Shown here piece by piece: positions 8,121 to 18,184 of a stretch of 64,000 bases of DNA (within the stretch, counting starts at the first letter, position 1; every line of letters starts with the position of its first letter). The stretch comes from an uncultured Gemmatimonadaceae bacterium (GTDB lineage Bacteria; Gemmatimonadota; Gemmatimonadetes; Gemmatimonadales; Gemmatimonadaceae). Both the position numbers and the translations under genes were made by a program. The stretch covers positions 384,001 to 448,000 of the forward strand of contig CAWFQK010000004.1 in the NCBI GenBank assembly GCA_963817955.1, written 5' to 3'. A model generated the notes under the pieces. That model saw nothing but the letters and a program-made list of their open reading frames with translations. It was not told the DNA's origin and ran no database searches.

Positions 8121-9912
8121 ATGAATTCCTTTCAATCACCGGACGAAGTCGAACATAGAGACGGGGTCGAGAAGCTCGGAGACTTCACGACGACCCCGCG
8201 CGTCCTCGTCATCTCTCTTCTCGCGGTCGTGGTCGGCGCGCTCGGTGCGGGGGTCGCGCTCGTCCTCCTGCGCCTGATCTCCTTCTTCACGAACGTCTTC
8301 TTCTACCAGCGCTTCTCGATCGAGCCCGCCTCCCCCGCCTTTCACCACCCCGGCGTCGCCGTCGTACTGGTGCCTGTCGTGGGGGCGCTCGTCGTCGGCG
8401 TGATGGCGCGGTACGGATCGGAGCGGATCCGGGGCCACGGTATCCCCGAGGCGATCGAATCGATCCTCATCGGTGGCAGCCGCGTCGAGCCGAAGCTCGC
8501 GATCCTTAATTAAACCCCTCTCCTCGGCCATCTCGATCGGCTCGGGTGGTCCGTTCGGCGCCGAGGGGCCGATCATCATGACCGGCGGGGCGTTCGGCTC
8601 GCTCATCGCGCAGCTCTTCCGGCTGACGAGCGCCGAGAGGAAGACGCTTCTCGTGGCGGGCGCGGCGGCGGGCATGGCGGCGACCTTTGCAGCGCCGGTC
8701 GCGTCGGTCCTTCTCGCCGTCGAGCTCCTCCTTTTCGAGTGGAAGCCGCGGAGCGTCATCCCGGTCGCACTTGCGAGTGGGACGGCGGGCGCGGCGCGCC
8801 GGTACCTCATCGGTCTCGGCCCCCTTTTCGCGGTGCCGCCGCACCCGTCGTTCATCGGACCCGCGGGGCTCGCCGGCTGCCTGCTCGCGGGAGGCCTCGC
8901 CGGCGCGCTCTCGGCGCTCCTCACGCTGATGGTCTACGCCGCCGAGGACGCGTTCAAGAAGCTCCCGATCCACCGGATGTGGTGGCCGGCGATCGGCGGG
9001 CTCGTCTTCCCGCAGGCGCTCGGGATCGGCTACGAAACGATCGGCGCGCTCCTCCAGGGGGACGTCGCCCGCCGTCTCATCCTCGGGATCCTCCTCGTGA
9101 AGTCGATCATCTGGGCGGTCTCCCTCGGCTCGGGGACCTCCGGCGGCGTCCTCGCCCCGCTCCTGATGATGGGGGGCGCGCTCGGCGGCCTCGATTCGGC
9201 ATTCCTGCCGCACGAGGGGACCGGCTTCTGGCCGCTCGTCTCGATGGCTGCGATCCTCGGCGGGACGATGCGTTCTCCGCTCACCAGCGTCGTCTTCGCC
9301 CTCGAGCTGACACACGATGTCAACATGCTCCTGCCGCTCCTCCTGGCCGCGATCGTGGCGTACGGCTTCACGGTCCTGACGCTCCGCCGCTCGATCCTCA
9401 CCGAGAAGGTCGCGCGCCGCGGCTTTCACCTCTCGCGCGAGTACGCGGTCGACCCGCTTGAGATCCTCTTCGTGCGCGAGGTGATGAGGACGAGCCTCGT
9501 CGTCCTTCCCGAGAACGCCACGGCGGACCAGCTCTCGGCGCTCCACGGCGAGCGCGGGCGAGGGCAGCACCTGTTTCCGATCGTCGACGGCGACCGCCGG
9601 ATGATCGGCGTTCTCACGCGGCGCGACCTCCTGAAAGCGATGGAGCGGACGGGCGACAGCCCGCCCCTCGCCGGCTTCGAGCGCGCGCCGGTCATCGCCT
9701 ACCCGGACGAGTCGCTGCGCGTCGTCGTCTACCGGATGGCCGAGACTGGCCTGACGCGGATCCCGGTTGTCGACCGGGACGATCGGCGCTCCGTCGTCGG
9801 CATCGTGTCGCTGAACGACCTCCTGCAGGCGCGCGTGAAGAACCTCGAGGAGGAGAAGCGCCGCGAGCGGGTGCTCCTCACCCGACTTCGCTTCCCGATC
9901 GGGCGACACTGA
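8121..9912 (+). pseudogene. ClC chloride channel/antiporter with CBS pair, frameshifted
   Basis: GHGIPEA, GGPFGAEGP, SGTSGGVLAP and C-terminal CBS domains; split into ORFs 8121-8513 and 8473-9912 by TTAATTAA at 8506-8513; removing one TTAA restores LAILKPLSS. Confidence 0.8.
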
Positions 9913-9915
9913 AAT

Positions 9916-9948
9916 GACGGAGGCCAGGCGAGATGCCTGGCCTCTGTC
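9916..9948. terminator. Hairpin between the convergent ClC gene and tRNA-Arg
   Basis: GACGGAGGCCAGGC-gagat-GCCTGGCCTCTGTC inverted repeat. Confidence 0.6.
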
Positions 9949-9953
9949 GCAGG

Positions 9954-10027
9954 TGCCCTCGGCGCGATTCGAACGCGCGGCCACCCATTTAGGAAACGGG
10001 TGCTCTATCCAGCTGAGCTACGAGGGC
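9954..10027 (-). tRNA. tRNA-Arg(CCT)
   Basis: GCCCTCGTAGCTCAGCTGGATAGAGC...CCCGT-TTCCTAA-ATGGG...GTTCGAATC...GAGGGCA cloverleaf. Confidence 0.95.
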
Positions 10028-10335
10028 GTAGTCCCGTCAGCGCCCACAGCGGTGCTGTGCTAGAGCAGCGAACTGATCTGCAGATCCCAGTGGTCGCCGC
10101 GGGCGCATTAAAGCCTGCCGCAGCCTCTAAGCTAATGCGTCAGTAGACCGTGCGCGACCAGTCCAACATATCGCCTCACCCCCCTCTGCTTCCAATCAGC
10201 GTCCGGCATGTGTGCGATATCGTGGCGAGGTTTGGACTTCGCTCGCCCTACCCTCTCCCTACCGGGAAAATCCACGGCTAGTCCAATCGGGGCCCGATGA
10301 CTTAGACTTCTTCATTATGTCCGCCTTGGCTTCTT

Positions 10336-10686
10336 TTGTTTCCCTCCTGCGGACAGTCTCTCTTTTTTTGTGAGTTGCATATCCCAGGATTTGGCTGGGT
10401 CGTGGCGGAACCTCAGTTCTTCGGCGGCACGACCTATCCCGCGCCAGCGGTAGCGACGGAGGAGACGCGGCTTATCTTTATGCCGCGCGGCGACTTTGAG
10501 CATCGTTACCGCAATAACCACGACCCTGCGCCGGCAATCATTTGCCCGCTGGGTCGCTGGCTGCGGGAGTTGGTGCATCTCACGGAAACGCTTGCCCTCC
10601 GTGAGGTCGCCGTGCGTCTAGCCATCTGCTGGTGGGATACAATGACTCGTGCAGCCCATCGAACGCCGCCTACTCATTCCCGATAA
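10336..10686 (+). pseudogene. Remnant of a Crp/Fnr-family regulator
   Basis: AEPQFFGGTTYPAPAVATEETRLIFMPRGDFE...LGRWLRELVHLTETLALREVAVRLA resembles the cNMP-domain end and C-helix; N-terminus and HTH are missing. Confidence 0.55.
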
Positions 10687-10791
10687 TTACGCAGCTGCGC
10701 GCACTTCTTCCGGCAACAGAATGATCACCGAGCATGCGGGGGCGGCGACGTCCGTCACACCCCGATCCGCTCACAACGTTAATGGTTCGGG

Positions 10792-12216
10792 ATGAGCTTT
10801 CTTTCTTCACTCCCACGCGTCATTCAGGGCGGCATGGGTGTCGCCGTTTCTGATTGGCGGCTCGCCAATGCCGTGTCGCGCGCCGGCCAGCTTGGCGTCG
10901 TGTCCGGCTCCATGCTGGACACCGTGTTCGTGCGGCGGCTACAGGATGGTGATCCCGAGGGTCACATGCGCCGCGCCATCGCGCATTTTCCCGTTCCGGA
11001 AGTTGGCCTCGAAATCCTCAGTCGCTACTTCAATCCGACGGGTCGCGCGCCGGATGCACCATACAAGAATCTGCCGATGTACAAGCAGGTGGTGAGCGCC
11101 GCCCGTCAGCGTGTCACCGTGCTAGCGAACTTCGTCGAAGTGTGGCTGGCCAAAGAAGGACACGACGCGCCAGTCGGCCTGAACCTGCTGACGAAGGTGC
11201 AGATGCCGAACCTCGCATCGCTATACGGTGCGATGCTCGCCGGCGTGGACGTGGTCATCATGGGCGCAGGCATTCCGCGCGAGATCCCTGGCGTGCTCGA
11301 CGCGTTCGCCGAGCATCGGCCGGCGCAGCTGCGCTTCGACATCGAGGGACTGGCGCGCGACGAGGCTGAATATCTGACCTTCGATCCCGCCCTCTGCACG
11401 TCGCCGTCCGTGATCGGCACGTCACTGCATCGTCCCGCGTTCATCGCCGTGATCTCTGCGTCGTCGCTCGCGACGACGCTCGCGCGCAAGTCGAACGGCC
11501 GTGTGGACGGCTTCATCGTCGAAGGGCCGACGGCGGGCGGCCACAATGCGCCGCCCCGAGGGGAAATGCGGCTCAACGAACGCGGCGAGCCCGTGTACGG
11601 CGATCGTGACATCGTGGACCTGGACAAGGTGCGCGAGCTCGGCTTGCCATTCTGGCTCGCCGGCGGGTCTGGCTCAGCGGCAGGGTTGCAGGCGGCGCTC
11701 GCCGCCGGCGCCGCCGGCGTGCAGGTCGGAACGCTATTCGCATACTGTAAAGAATCCGGTCTGTCTCCGGTGCTCAAACAGCGTGTGCTCACCGCCCTGA
11801 TGAGCGGCAGCGTCGCGCTGCGCACGGACCCACGCGCATCTCCAACCGGGTACCCGTTCAAAGTCGTCGACTTGCCGGGCGACCCCGAGCTGCTGGCGGC
11901 ACGCGAGCGCGTATGCGATCTCGGGTATCTGCGCGTCGCCATGCGCGATGCGGATGGCCGCACCATCTACCGGTGTTCGGCCGAGCCTCTCGACACCTAT
12001 GTCGCGAAGGGCGGCGACCCCGCCGAAACCGAAGGACGCCGCTGTCTGTGCAACGGGCTCACGGCGAACATCGGACAGGCACAGTATCGCACCGACACGG
12101 GACTCGAAGAAATTCCGCTGATCACGAGCGGAGACGACCTGCTCCAGCTCGCCGCGTTCGTCGCCAAGACGCCTGACTATACCGTGCAGAGTGTGCTGAC
12201 CTATCTGGGCGTCTGA
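10792..12216 (+). CDS. Nitronate monooxygenase / 2-nitropropane dioxygenase-like FMN enzyme
   Basis: IQGGMGVAVS, MGAGIP, VEGPTAGGHN, GVQVGT motifs; Cys-rich C-terminus. Confidence 0.8.
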   Translation: MSFLSSLPRVIQGGMGVAVSDWRLANAVSRAGQLGVVSGSMLDTVFVRRLQDGDPEGHMRRAIAHFPVPEVGLEILSRYFNPTGRAPDAPYKNLPMYKQVVSAARQRVTVLANFVEVWLAKEGHDAPVGLNLLTKVQMPNLASLYGAMLAGVDVVIMGAGIPREIPGVLDAFAEHRPAQLRFDIEGLARDEAEYLTFDPALCTSPSVIGTSLHRPAFIAVISASSLATTLARKSNGRVDGFIVEGPTAGGHNAPPRGEMRLNERGEPVYGDRDIVDLDKVRELGLPFWLAGGSGSAAGLQAALAAGAAGVQVGTLFAYCKESGLSPVLKQRVLTALMSGSVALRTDPRASPTGYPFKVVDLPGDPELLAARERVCDLGYLRVAMRDADGRTIYRCSAEPLDTYVAKGGDPAETEGRRCLCNGLTANIGQAQYRTDTGLEEIPLITSGDDLLQLAAFVAKTPDYTVQSVLTYLGV

Positions 12217-12245
12217 TGCCCAGGTAGGTCAGGTGAGACTCCGTC

Positions 12246-12364
12246 GGATTGGGCTCCGGGTTTTGACCGGCTGGATGTCGCTGGCTGCTCCGTACCGGTC
12301 GGCCCGCCGGTCGGCGAGTTTCGAGTTTCCAGTTGTGAGCTACGCGTTGCGAGTCTCGTGTCTC
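12246..12364. repeat. Dispersed ~120-bp intergenic repeat, copy 1
   Basis: Closely matches 25721-25842 (GGATTGGGCTCCGGG...GGCTGGATGTCGCTGGCTGCTCCGTA...CCGGTCGGCGAG...TTCCAGTTGTGAG). Confidence 0.85.
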
Positions 12365-12562
12365 GCTCACGAAGCGGTCGACGCCAAGGACCAGCGCAAT
12401 CCCTTCGATCGACACCACCTGAAGTGCCGACAACGTGCTCGCCAGCACGATGAAGCCCAACCCGACCACCGGCTTCGCGCTCCCGTATCGCTCCAGCTTG
12501 TCCAGCATACCTGGCGGCGCCGCCTCCGACGATGACGTGCCGAGGACGATGAGAATCTCCCG
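12362..12562 (-). pseudogene. Fragment of a dicarboxylate/amino acid:cation symporter (DctA-like)
   Basis: Translates as EILIVLGTSSSEAAPPGMLDKLERYGSAKPVVGL/GFIVLASTLSALQVVSIEGIALVLGVDRFVSE; TSSSE (HP1) and GVDRF (TM8) motifs are present, TM7/HP2 is missing. Confidence 0.75.
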
Positions 12563-12577
12563 AGGAGGCTGACCCGC

Positions 12578-13123
12578 TCAATACGTGACGATCGTCCGAA
12601 CCATGCGATCGCCGAGCCGCGCGAGGCCGGGCAGGAAGTTGAGCGCGATGAGGAAGGAATAACCGACGACCGGCGCGCCGAGCGATTCGACGAGCCGCCG
12701 CGTAGCATCCGCAGTGCCGCCCGTCGCCAGAACATCATCGACGATCAGCACCCGCGCAACATGGTCGAATGCGTCGGCGTGGATCTCCAGGGCGTCCGTC
12801 CCATATTCCAACTCGTACGTTTCGCGCCGGGTCGACGATGGCAGCTTGCCGGGTTTGCGCACAGGGATGAATCCCGCTCCCAACCGCTGTGCGATGGGCC
12901 CACCGAAGATGAACCCGCGGCTCTCAATGGCGACGACGTGCGTCACGCCAAGACCCGAGAATGCATCCGCCATGGCGTTGGTCACGCAGATGAAATCGTG
13001 CGGCGACGCGAGCAGCGGCGTGATGTCCTTGAAGACGATGCCTGGCTTCGGATAGTCGGCGACGTCGCGGATCATATGCTTCACGCGGTCTTGAAGCTCG
13101 TTGCCCCCAGCGACCACGGTCAT
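12578..13123 (-). CDS. apt: Adenine phosphoribosyltransferase
   Basis: DYPKPGIVFKDITPLL, ESRGFIFG, VRKPGKLP, VDDVLATGGT. Confidence 0.95.
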   Translation of the reverse strand: MTVVAGGNELQDRVKHMIRDVADYPKPGIVFKDITPLLASPHDFICVTNAMADAFSGLGVTHVVAIESRGFIFGGPIAQRLGAGFIPVRKPGKLPSSTRRETYELEYGTDALEIHADAFDHVARVLIVDDVLATGGTADATRRLVESLGAPVVGYSFLIALNFLPGLARLGDRMVRTIVTY

Positions 13124-13129
13124 GCGACC

Positions 13130-13399
13130 TTACCTGAGAATGGTGAATGGACGTTGCAGCGCATCGCCGACCGGAGCCAGCTCGTCGATCGACGAAATGG
13201 TCGCGCCATCCGGCCCGCGCTGAAGCGCCGCTCGCAGCGCCGCCACAGCCAGTGCATCGCCTTCCACGGCGACTTCCACGGCGCCATCAGGTCGATTCAA
13301 TACCCAACCAGCCAGGTCGTGACGGCGCGCCGTCTCGCGCACGAACCACCGGAACCCGACCCCCTGCACACGCCCGCGAACGACGACGTGCAATTGCAT
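13130..13399 (-). CDS. acyP: Acylphosphatase
   Basis: [21 protein letters not shown]. Confidence 0.95.
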   Translation of the reverse strand: MQLHVVVRGRVQGVGFRWFVRETARRHDLAGWVLNRPDGAVEVAVEGDALAVAALRAALQRGPDGATISSIDELAPVGDALQRPFTILR

Positions 13400-14067
13400 C
13401 AGCGGCCCTCGGGCGGGCTCCAGCCGTGGGAGCCGAGGAGCGGAACGAATCGCACCGGCGCGACGTCCTGCATGTCAATTCGACCCTCCTTGCGCTCGGC
13501 GAGCACCAGCTTCTGCTCCTCGCGGTCGCCAATCGGAACGAGCAGACGACCGCCATCGGCCAGCTGGTCGAGCAGCGGCTGGGGCACGGACGGCGAACCA
13601 GCTCCGACCAGAATGGCGTCATAGGGTGCGTACTCGCGCCACCCGATCGAACCGTCGCCGACGAGCAACGAGACGTTACTCACGCCGGCACGCTGAATGT
13701 TCTGTTGCGCCTGCTGCATCAGCGCGGGAATGCGCTCGATGGAGAACACCTGTGCCACCAGATGGGCAAGCAACACCGTCTGAAATCCGGAACCGGTGCC
13801 GATCTCCAGCACGCGTTCCTTTCCGGTGAGGCGCAGCAACTCCAGGTAGCGGGCGTGCACCCACGGCTGCGAAATCGTCTGACCGTTCCCGATCGGCAGC
13901 GGCGCATCCTCGTACGCGCGGTGACGAAGTCCGGTGGGCAAGAATGCGTGGCGCGGAGTCATCTCGAACGCGCGTAGGACCGCCAGGTCGCGGATGCCCT
14001 TCTCGCGCAAGGCATCAACGAGACGCGCGCGCGCGCCGCGGAACTCGCTTTCTACAGGTCGCCCCAC
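13399..14067 (-). CDS. pcm: Protein-L-isoaspartate O-methyltransferase
   Basis: [41 protein letters not shown]; start approximate. Confidence 0.92.
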   Translation of the reverse strand: MGRPVESEFRGARARLVDALREKGIRDLAVLRAFEMTPRHAFLPTGLRHRAYEDAPLPIGNGQTISQPWVHARYLELLRLTGKERVLEIGTGSGFQTVLLAHLVAQVFSIERIPALMQQAQQNIQRAGVSNVSLLVGDGSIGWREYAPYDAILVGAGSPSVPQPLLDQLADGGRLLVPIGDREEQKLVLAERKEGRIDMQDVAPVRFVPLLGSHGWSPPEGR

Positions 14068-14816
14068 CAATCCGCCGCCCCCTGAAGTACGCCGAAATGT
14101 GTGAGATCGAGGTGCAATGGCGTCACCGATATATAGCCAGCCTCGATCGCGCGGAAATCCGAATCCGGATCTCCAGTCCAGGTGATGTCGCCGCCGCCAA
14201 TCCAGTAGATCGGCCGTCCCCACGGATCCTTCATCGGCGCCACGGACTGTGAGTACACCCGTCGGCCGAGATGCGTGAGACGCACACCCTTCACCTGATC
14301 CGCCGGCACTGGCGGAAGGTTCACATTAAATAACGTGTCGGCGGGAAAGGTGGGCAGTGAGGTGAGGTGCTTGAGCAGCGGCGTGAGGACCTTCACCTGC
14401 TGCGCGAGCTGGCTCACGTCGGCCCGCAGGTCACCGCCGGCGAACGATATGGCGATCGACGGAACGCCGAGCGCGAGCCCCTCCATGGCCGCCGCGACCG
14501 TGCCGGAATACAGGACGTCCTCGCCCATGTTCTGCCCGTGGTTGATGCCGCTCAGAACGAAATCCGGGCGTTCGGGCATCAACGCTTCCAACGCGAGCAT
14601 GACGCAATCCGTCGGCGTGCCGTCCACCTGCCACCGACGTTCGCCGCGACGCACCGGGCGTAATGGATGATGGAGCGTGAGCGAGTGGCTCGTGGCGCTC
14701 TGCTCGCGATCCGGAGCCACCACCGTGATCTCGCCCAGCGGCTCGGCCGCGGCGCAGAGACACTCGATACCGTGTGCGAGAATTCCGTCGTCGTTCGTAA
14801 TCAGCAGGCGCATCAA
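14052..14816 (-). CDS. surE: 5'/3'-nucleotidase SurE
   Basis: LITNDDG, VDGTPTDC, SGINHGQN, YSGTVAAAMEG. Confidence 0.95.
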   Translation of the reverse strand: MMRLLITNDDGILAHGIECLCAAAEPLGEITVVAPDREQSATSHSLTLHHPLRPVRRGERRWQVDGTPTDCVMLALEALMPERPDFVLSGINHGQNMGEDVLYSGTVAAAMEGLALGVPSIAISFAGGDLRADVSQLAQQVKVLTPLLKHLTSLPTFPADTLFNVNLPPVPADQVKGVRLTHLGRRVYSQSVAPMKDPWGRPIYWIGGGDITWTGDPDSDFRAIEAGYISVTPLHLDLTHFGVLQGAADWWGDL

Positions 14817-15181
14817 TCGGCGAGGTTCGATGATCCGAGAAACGAGATGAGGTCCTTCAGATCGGACTCGAGCGACTCCAGCGATTGGATCGCAAGCGCG
14901 CCGCGTGCCATGACCTTGAGATCGCCGCCCTTTCGATGTTCATCCACTTTCTGTCGCGCACCTTCAATGGTGTACTTCTCGTCATACAGCAGGTGCTTGA
15001 CCAGCATGATGAGATCGACCTCGCGGCGCTGGTAGACCCGATTCCCGGATCGGTTCTTGGCGGGACTGAGAAAGCGAAACTGGCTTTCCCAGTACCGAAG
15101 GACGTGCGGCTTGAGCCCGGTGAGCTCGCACACTTCGCCGATCGAGAAGAACTCCTGGATGGGGTCAGACGCTACGCTCAC
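14813..15181 (-). CDS. MerR-family HTH regulator
   Basis: FSIGEVCELTGLKPHVLRYWESQF...RSGNRVY...YTIEGAR. Confidence 0.9.
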   Translation of the reverse strand: MSVASDPIQEFFSIGEVCELTGLKPHVLRYWESQFRFLSPAKNRSGNRVYQRREVDLIMLVKHLLYDEKYTIEGARQKVDEHRKGGDLKVMARGALAIQSLESLESDLKDLISFLGSSNLAD

Positions 15182-16173
15182 GGGTCTTGCTCCGCTCGAA
15201 GTTCACGCGCCATCAGTTCTGGCACCGCATTACGCGCCGCTTGGCCCTCGAAGAGGATCCGGGCGACGGTCTGCACGATGGGCATGTCCACGCCGTGCTT
15301 CGCCGCCAGCTCGAGCGCGCTCGACGTGGTCATCACACCTTCCGCCACCGTTTCTTTCCCGGCGAGCGCCTGTTCCAGCGTCGCACCCCGGCCGATCTCC
15401 AACCCCAGCGCGCGATTCCGGCTCAGGGCTCCAGTGCACGTCAGCACGAGATCGCCCACGCCCGCCAAACCAGCGAAGGTCGCGGCCGTGGCGCCAAGTG
15501 CCACGCCGAGTCGGGTCATCTCGTGCAAACCACGAGTGATGAGCGCCGCCCGGGAGTTGAAGCCCAGACCAACGCCCTCGACCATGCCAGTGGCAACGGC
15601 CATGACGTTCTTGAGGGCGCCGGCGAGTTCTACACCAATCAGGTCGTCGTGCGTGTACACACGAAAGGTGTGGCTGCTGAGGGCGCCCTGAGCGACACGG
15701 GCCGCCGTCACATCGCGAGACGCCGCAACGATAGCGGTCGGCTGGCGCGCCGCGACCTCAGCGGCAAAGCTCGGCCCCGAAATGCCGACGACAGCCCGGC
15801 TGGAGATTTCCTGTTCCGCGACCGTTGTCATCAGGGCGAGCGTTCCGCGCTCGATCCCTTTCGTTGCCACCGCGAGTACAGCGTCACGCTCGACGAACGA
15901 CGCACCAGCCCCGGCAATTCGTCGCAGGTGGTGCGAAGGGGTGGCATAGACCACGAACGCCGCACCGCGCAGCGCAGCGTCCTGGTCCGTGGTCGCGCGA
16001 AGTTCGGGGCAGAGTGTCACGCCGTTCAAGAACCGGTGGTTTTCGCCGCACGCATTGATCGACTGCGCGACGTCCGGTTCGAACGACCAGATCGTTGTCT
16101 CGTGTCCGTTCGTCGCGAGCAAATCGGCGAGGGCCGTACCCCACGCGCCGGCGCCAATGACCGCGCAGCGCAT
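15178..16173 (-). CDS. gpsA: NAD(P)H-dependent glycerol-3-phosphate dehydrogenase
   Basis: GAGAWGTALA, SGPSFA, GALKNV, GDLVLTC, SRN. Confidence 0.95.
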   Translation of the reverse strand: MRCAVIGAGAWGTALADLLATNGHETTIWSFEPDVAQSINACGENHRFLNGVTLCPELRATTDQDAALRGAAFVVYATPSHHLRRIAGAGASFVERDAVLAVATKGIERGTLALMTTVAEQEISSRAVVGISGPSFAAEVAARQPTAIVAASRDVTAARVAQGALSSHTFRVYTHDDLIGVELAGALKNVMAVATGMVEGVGLGFNSRAALITRGLHEMTRLGVALGATAATFAGLAGVGDLVLTCTGALSRNRALGLEIGRGATLEQALAGKETVAEGVMTTSSALELAAKHGVDMPIVQTVARILFEGQAARNAVPELMARELRAEQDP

Positions 16174-16877
16174 CAGGAGAACCTGGCGGCGATGAGAACC
16201 GCCAATACGATCGTGAGCGCAATCGCCAGCGTGGTGACAGGACGCCTCGCGCGCACGCCGCGCTTGCCGAACCGGTGCTCGTCACCGTTCCGCAGCCGCA
16301 CGATATTCGAGCGATGCGTCCAGAAGACGAACACTCCAACGACGATGCTGATCGCGAACAGCGGCGATCTCGTTCCGACCGTGATCGCCAGCAGGATCGG
16401 GAGCATCGCCGCGCTCGTGAGCGACCCGAGCGACACGAACCCGCTCGACAGCAACACCACGGCAAAAATGGCGATCGTCAACGTCGTCTGCACGGGAGCG
16501 AGCGCCAGGAACACGCCGGCCGCGGTGGCAACGCCCTTCCCCCCCTTGCCGAACCTCAGATAGATGGGGCGGACGTGGCCAATGATCGCCGCCACGCCGC
16601 AGATGATCGCCAGAATGATCGGATTGGCGAATGGCATCTCCGCCGCCGGCACCCAGTGCGGAAACAGGAGTGCCGAGACCGCGCCTTTTGCCATGTCAAA
16701 CGCGAACACGAGCAGGCCGATCCTGGCGCCCAGGACGCGGATGACGTTCGTCGCGCCCAGGTTGCCTGAGCCGTGCTTGCGGAGATCGATGCCCCGCGAT
16801 CTTCCCGCGATGTAAGCCGCGGGAATCGACCCGAGGAGATACGAGGCGACAATCGCGGCAACGATCGGGAGCATCAT
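16173..16877 (-). CDS. plsY: Glycerol-3-phosphate acyltransferase PlsY
   Basis: YLLGSIP, GSGNLGATN, GGKGVAT, HRSNI. Confidence 0.95.
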   Translation of the reverse strand: MMLPIVAAIVASYLLGSIPAAYIAGRSRGIDLRKHGSGNLGATNVIRVLGARIGLLVFAFDMAKGAVSALLFPHWVPAAEMPFANPIILAIICGVAAIIGHVRPIYLRFGKGGKGVATAAGVFLALAPVQTTLTIAIFAVVLLSSGFVSLGSLTSAAMLPILLAITVGTRSPLFAISIVVGVFVFWTHRSNIVRLRNGDEHRFGKRGVRARRPVTTLAIALTIVLAVLIAARFS

Positions 16878-18184
16878 CCGGCCTTGCGGCGGAGCAGGAT
16901 GCGCAGCGGATTGCCGGTAAAGCCCCAGAATGCCCGGAATCCGTTGTGGAGATAGCGCACGTAATGCTCTTCAACGAGATCCGGCGCATTCCCGAAGATG
17001 GCGATCGTCGGCGGATTGGTCTCGACCTGCGTCGCGTAGTTGAGCTTCACTTCCCGTCCTGCGGCCTGCGACGGCTGCTTGTACGCGATCAACTCGCCGA
17101 GCTTCGCGTTCACTTCCGACGTGGAGATCCGCTTGCCGCGTTCCGCCTCCACCTCGAGCAGCACCTCGAGCACCTTGTTCACGCGCTGACCCGTGAGCGC
17201 CGACGTGAACAGGAATGGCACGAACTTGAGGAATGGAGCCTTCTCACCAGCCGCCTTCTGGTACTTGGCCGACGCCTTGTCGTCCTTCTCGGCCAGATCC
17301 CACTTGTTCACGACCATGATCAGGCCACGTCCCGCGTCCCAGGCCAGCGCTGCGATCTTGAGATCCTGATTCTGAATCTCGCCTTCGGTGGCGTCCACCA
17401 TGAGAATGCAGATGTCTGCCCGCTCGATCGCGCGGCGCGTGCGCAACGACGAATAGAACTCGATTCCATCGTCAATCTTGCTCTGGCGCCGGAGCCCAGC
17501 CGTATCGACGAAGATGAACGGGCGGCCGTGATAGCGGAGCGGCGAATCGATTGCATCGCGGGTCGTGCCAGCGACCTCCGAGACGACAAGCCGATCCTGG
17601 CCCAGCAGGCGGTTCACGAACGATGATTTTCCGACGTTCGGTCGCCCAACGACGGCGACGCGCATCGCCACTTCGGTGTCCTTCTCGGACTCCGGCAGAC
17701 GGCGCACCACTTCGTCGAGCAGATCGCCCGAACCCTTGCCGTTGATAGCTGATACGGGGAATACCTCGCCCACGCCCAGCGAGTAGAACTCGTAGAAATC
17801 AGTGGAGCGCGGATCGTCAACCTTGTTTGCGACGATGACCCATGGCTTTCCCGAGTTGCGCAGCAACTCGGCGACATGATGATCGCTCGGATGCAGGCCA
17901 ACTTTGGCGTCGACCACGAATAGCATCAGATCGGCTTCGCCAATGGCCTCGTCCACCTGCCGGCGAATCTCCACATCCATGGGGAGGTGGGGATCGTCGG
18001 CGATACCGCCCGTATCCACCAACCAGAATGGCGCGCCAGCCCAATCAGTCTGTGCGAAATGTCGGTCACGCGTCGTGCCCGCTTCCTCGTCGACGATCGC
18101 GCTCTCGTCACCAATGATGCGGTTGAACAACGCGGACTTGCCGACGTTCGGGCGCCCGATGAGGGCGACGACAGGGATACTCAC
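16874..18184 (-). CDS. der: Ribosome biogenesis GTPase Der/EngA
   Basis: Two GRPNVGKS P-loops; DTGG/DTAG; NKVD/NKWD. Confidence 0.95.
   Translation of the reverse strand: MSIPVVALIGRPNVGKSALFNRIIGDESAIVDEEAGTTRDRHFAQTDWAGAPFWLVDTGGIADDPHLPMDVEIRRQVDEAIGEADLMLFVVDAKVGLHPSDHHVAELLRNSGKPWVIVANKVDDPRSTDFYEFYSLGVGEVFPVSAINGKGSGDLLDEVVRRLPESEKDTEVAMRVAVVGRPNVGKSSFVNRLLGQDRLVVSEVAGTTRDAIDSPLRYHGRPFIFVDTAGLRRQSKIDDGIEFYSSLRTRRAIERADICILMVDATEGEIQNQDLKIAALAWDAGRGLIMVVNKWDLAEKDDKASAKYQKAAGEKAPFLKFVPFLFTSALTGQRVNKVLEVLLEVEAERGKRISTSEVNAKLGELIAYKQPSQAAGREVKLNYATQVETNPPTIAIFGNAPDLVEEHYVRYLHNGFRAFWGFTGNPLRILLRRKAG

Noticed and set aside
8506..9984. 492-aa minus-strand ORF
   Set aside because: Antisense to the ClC gene and overlaps the tRNA; low-complexity translation.
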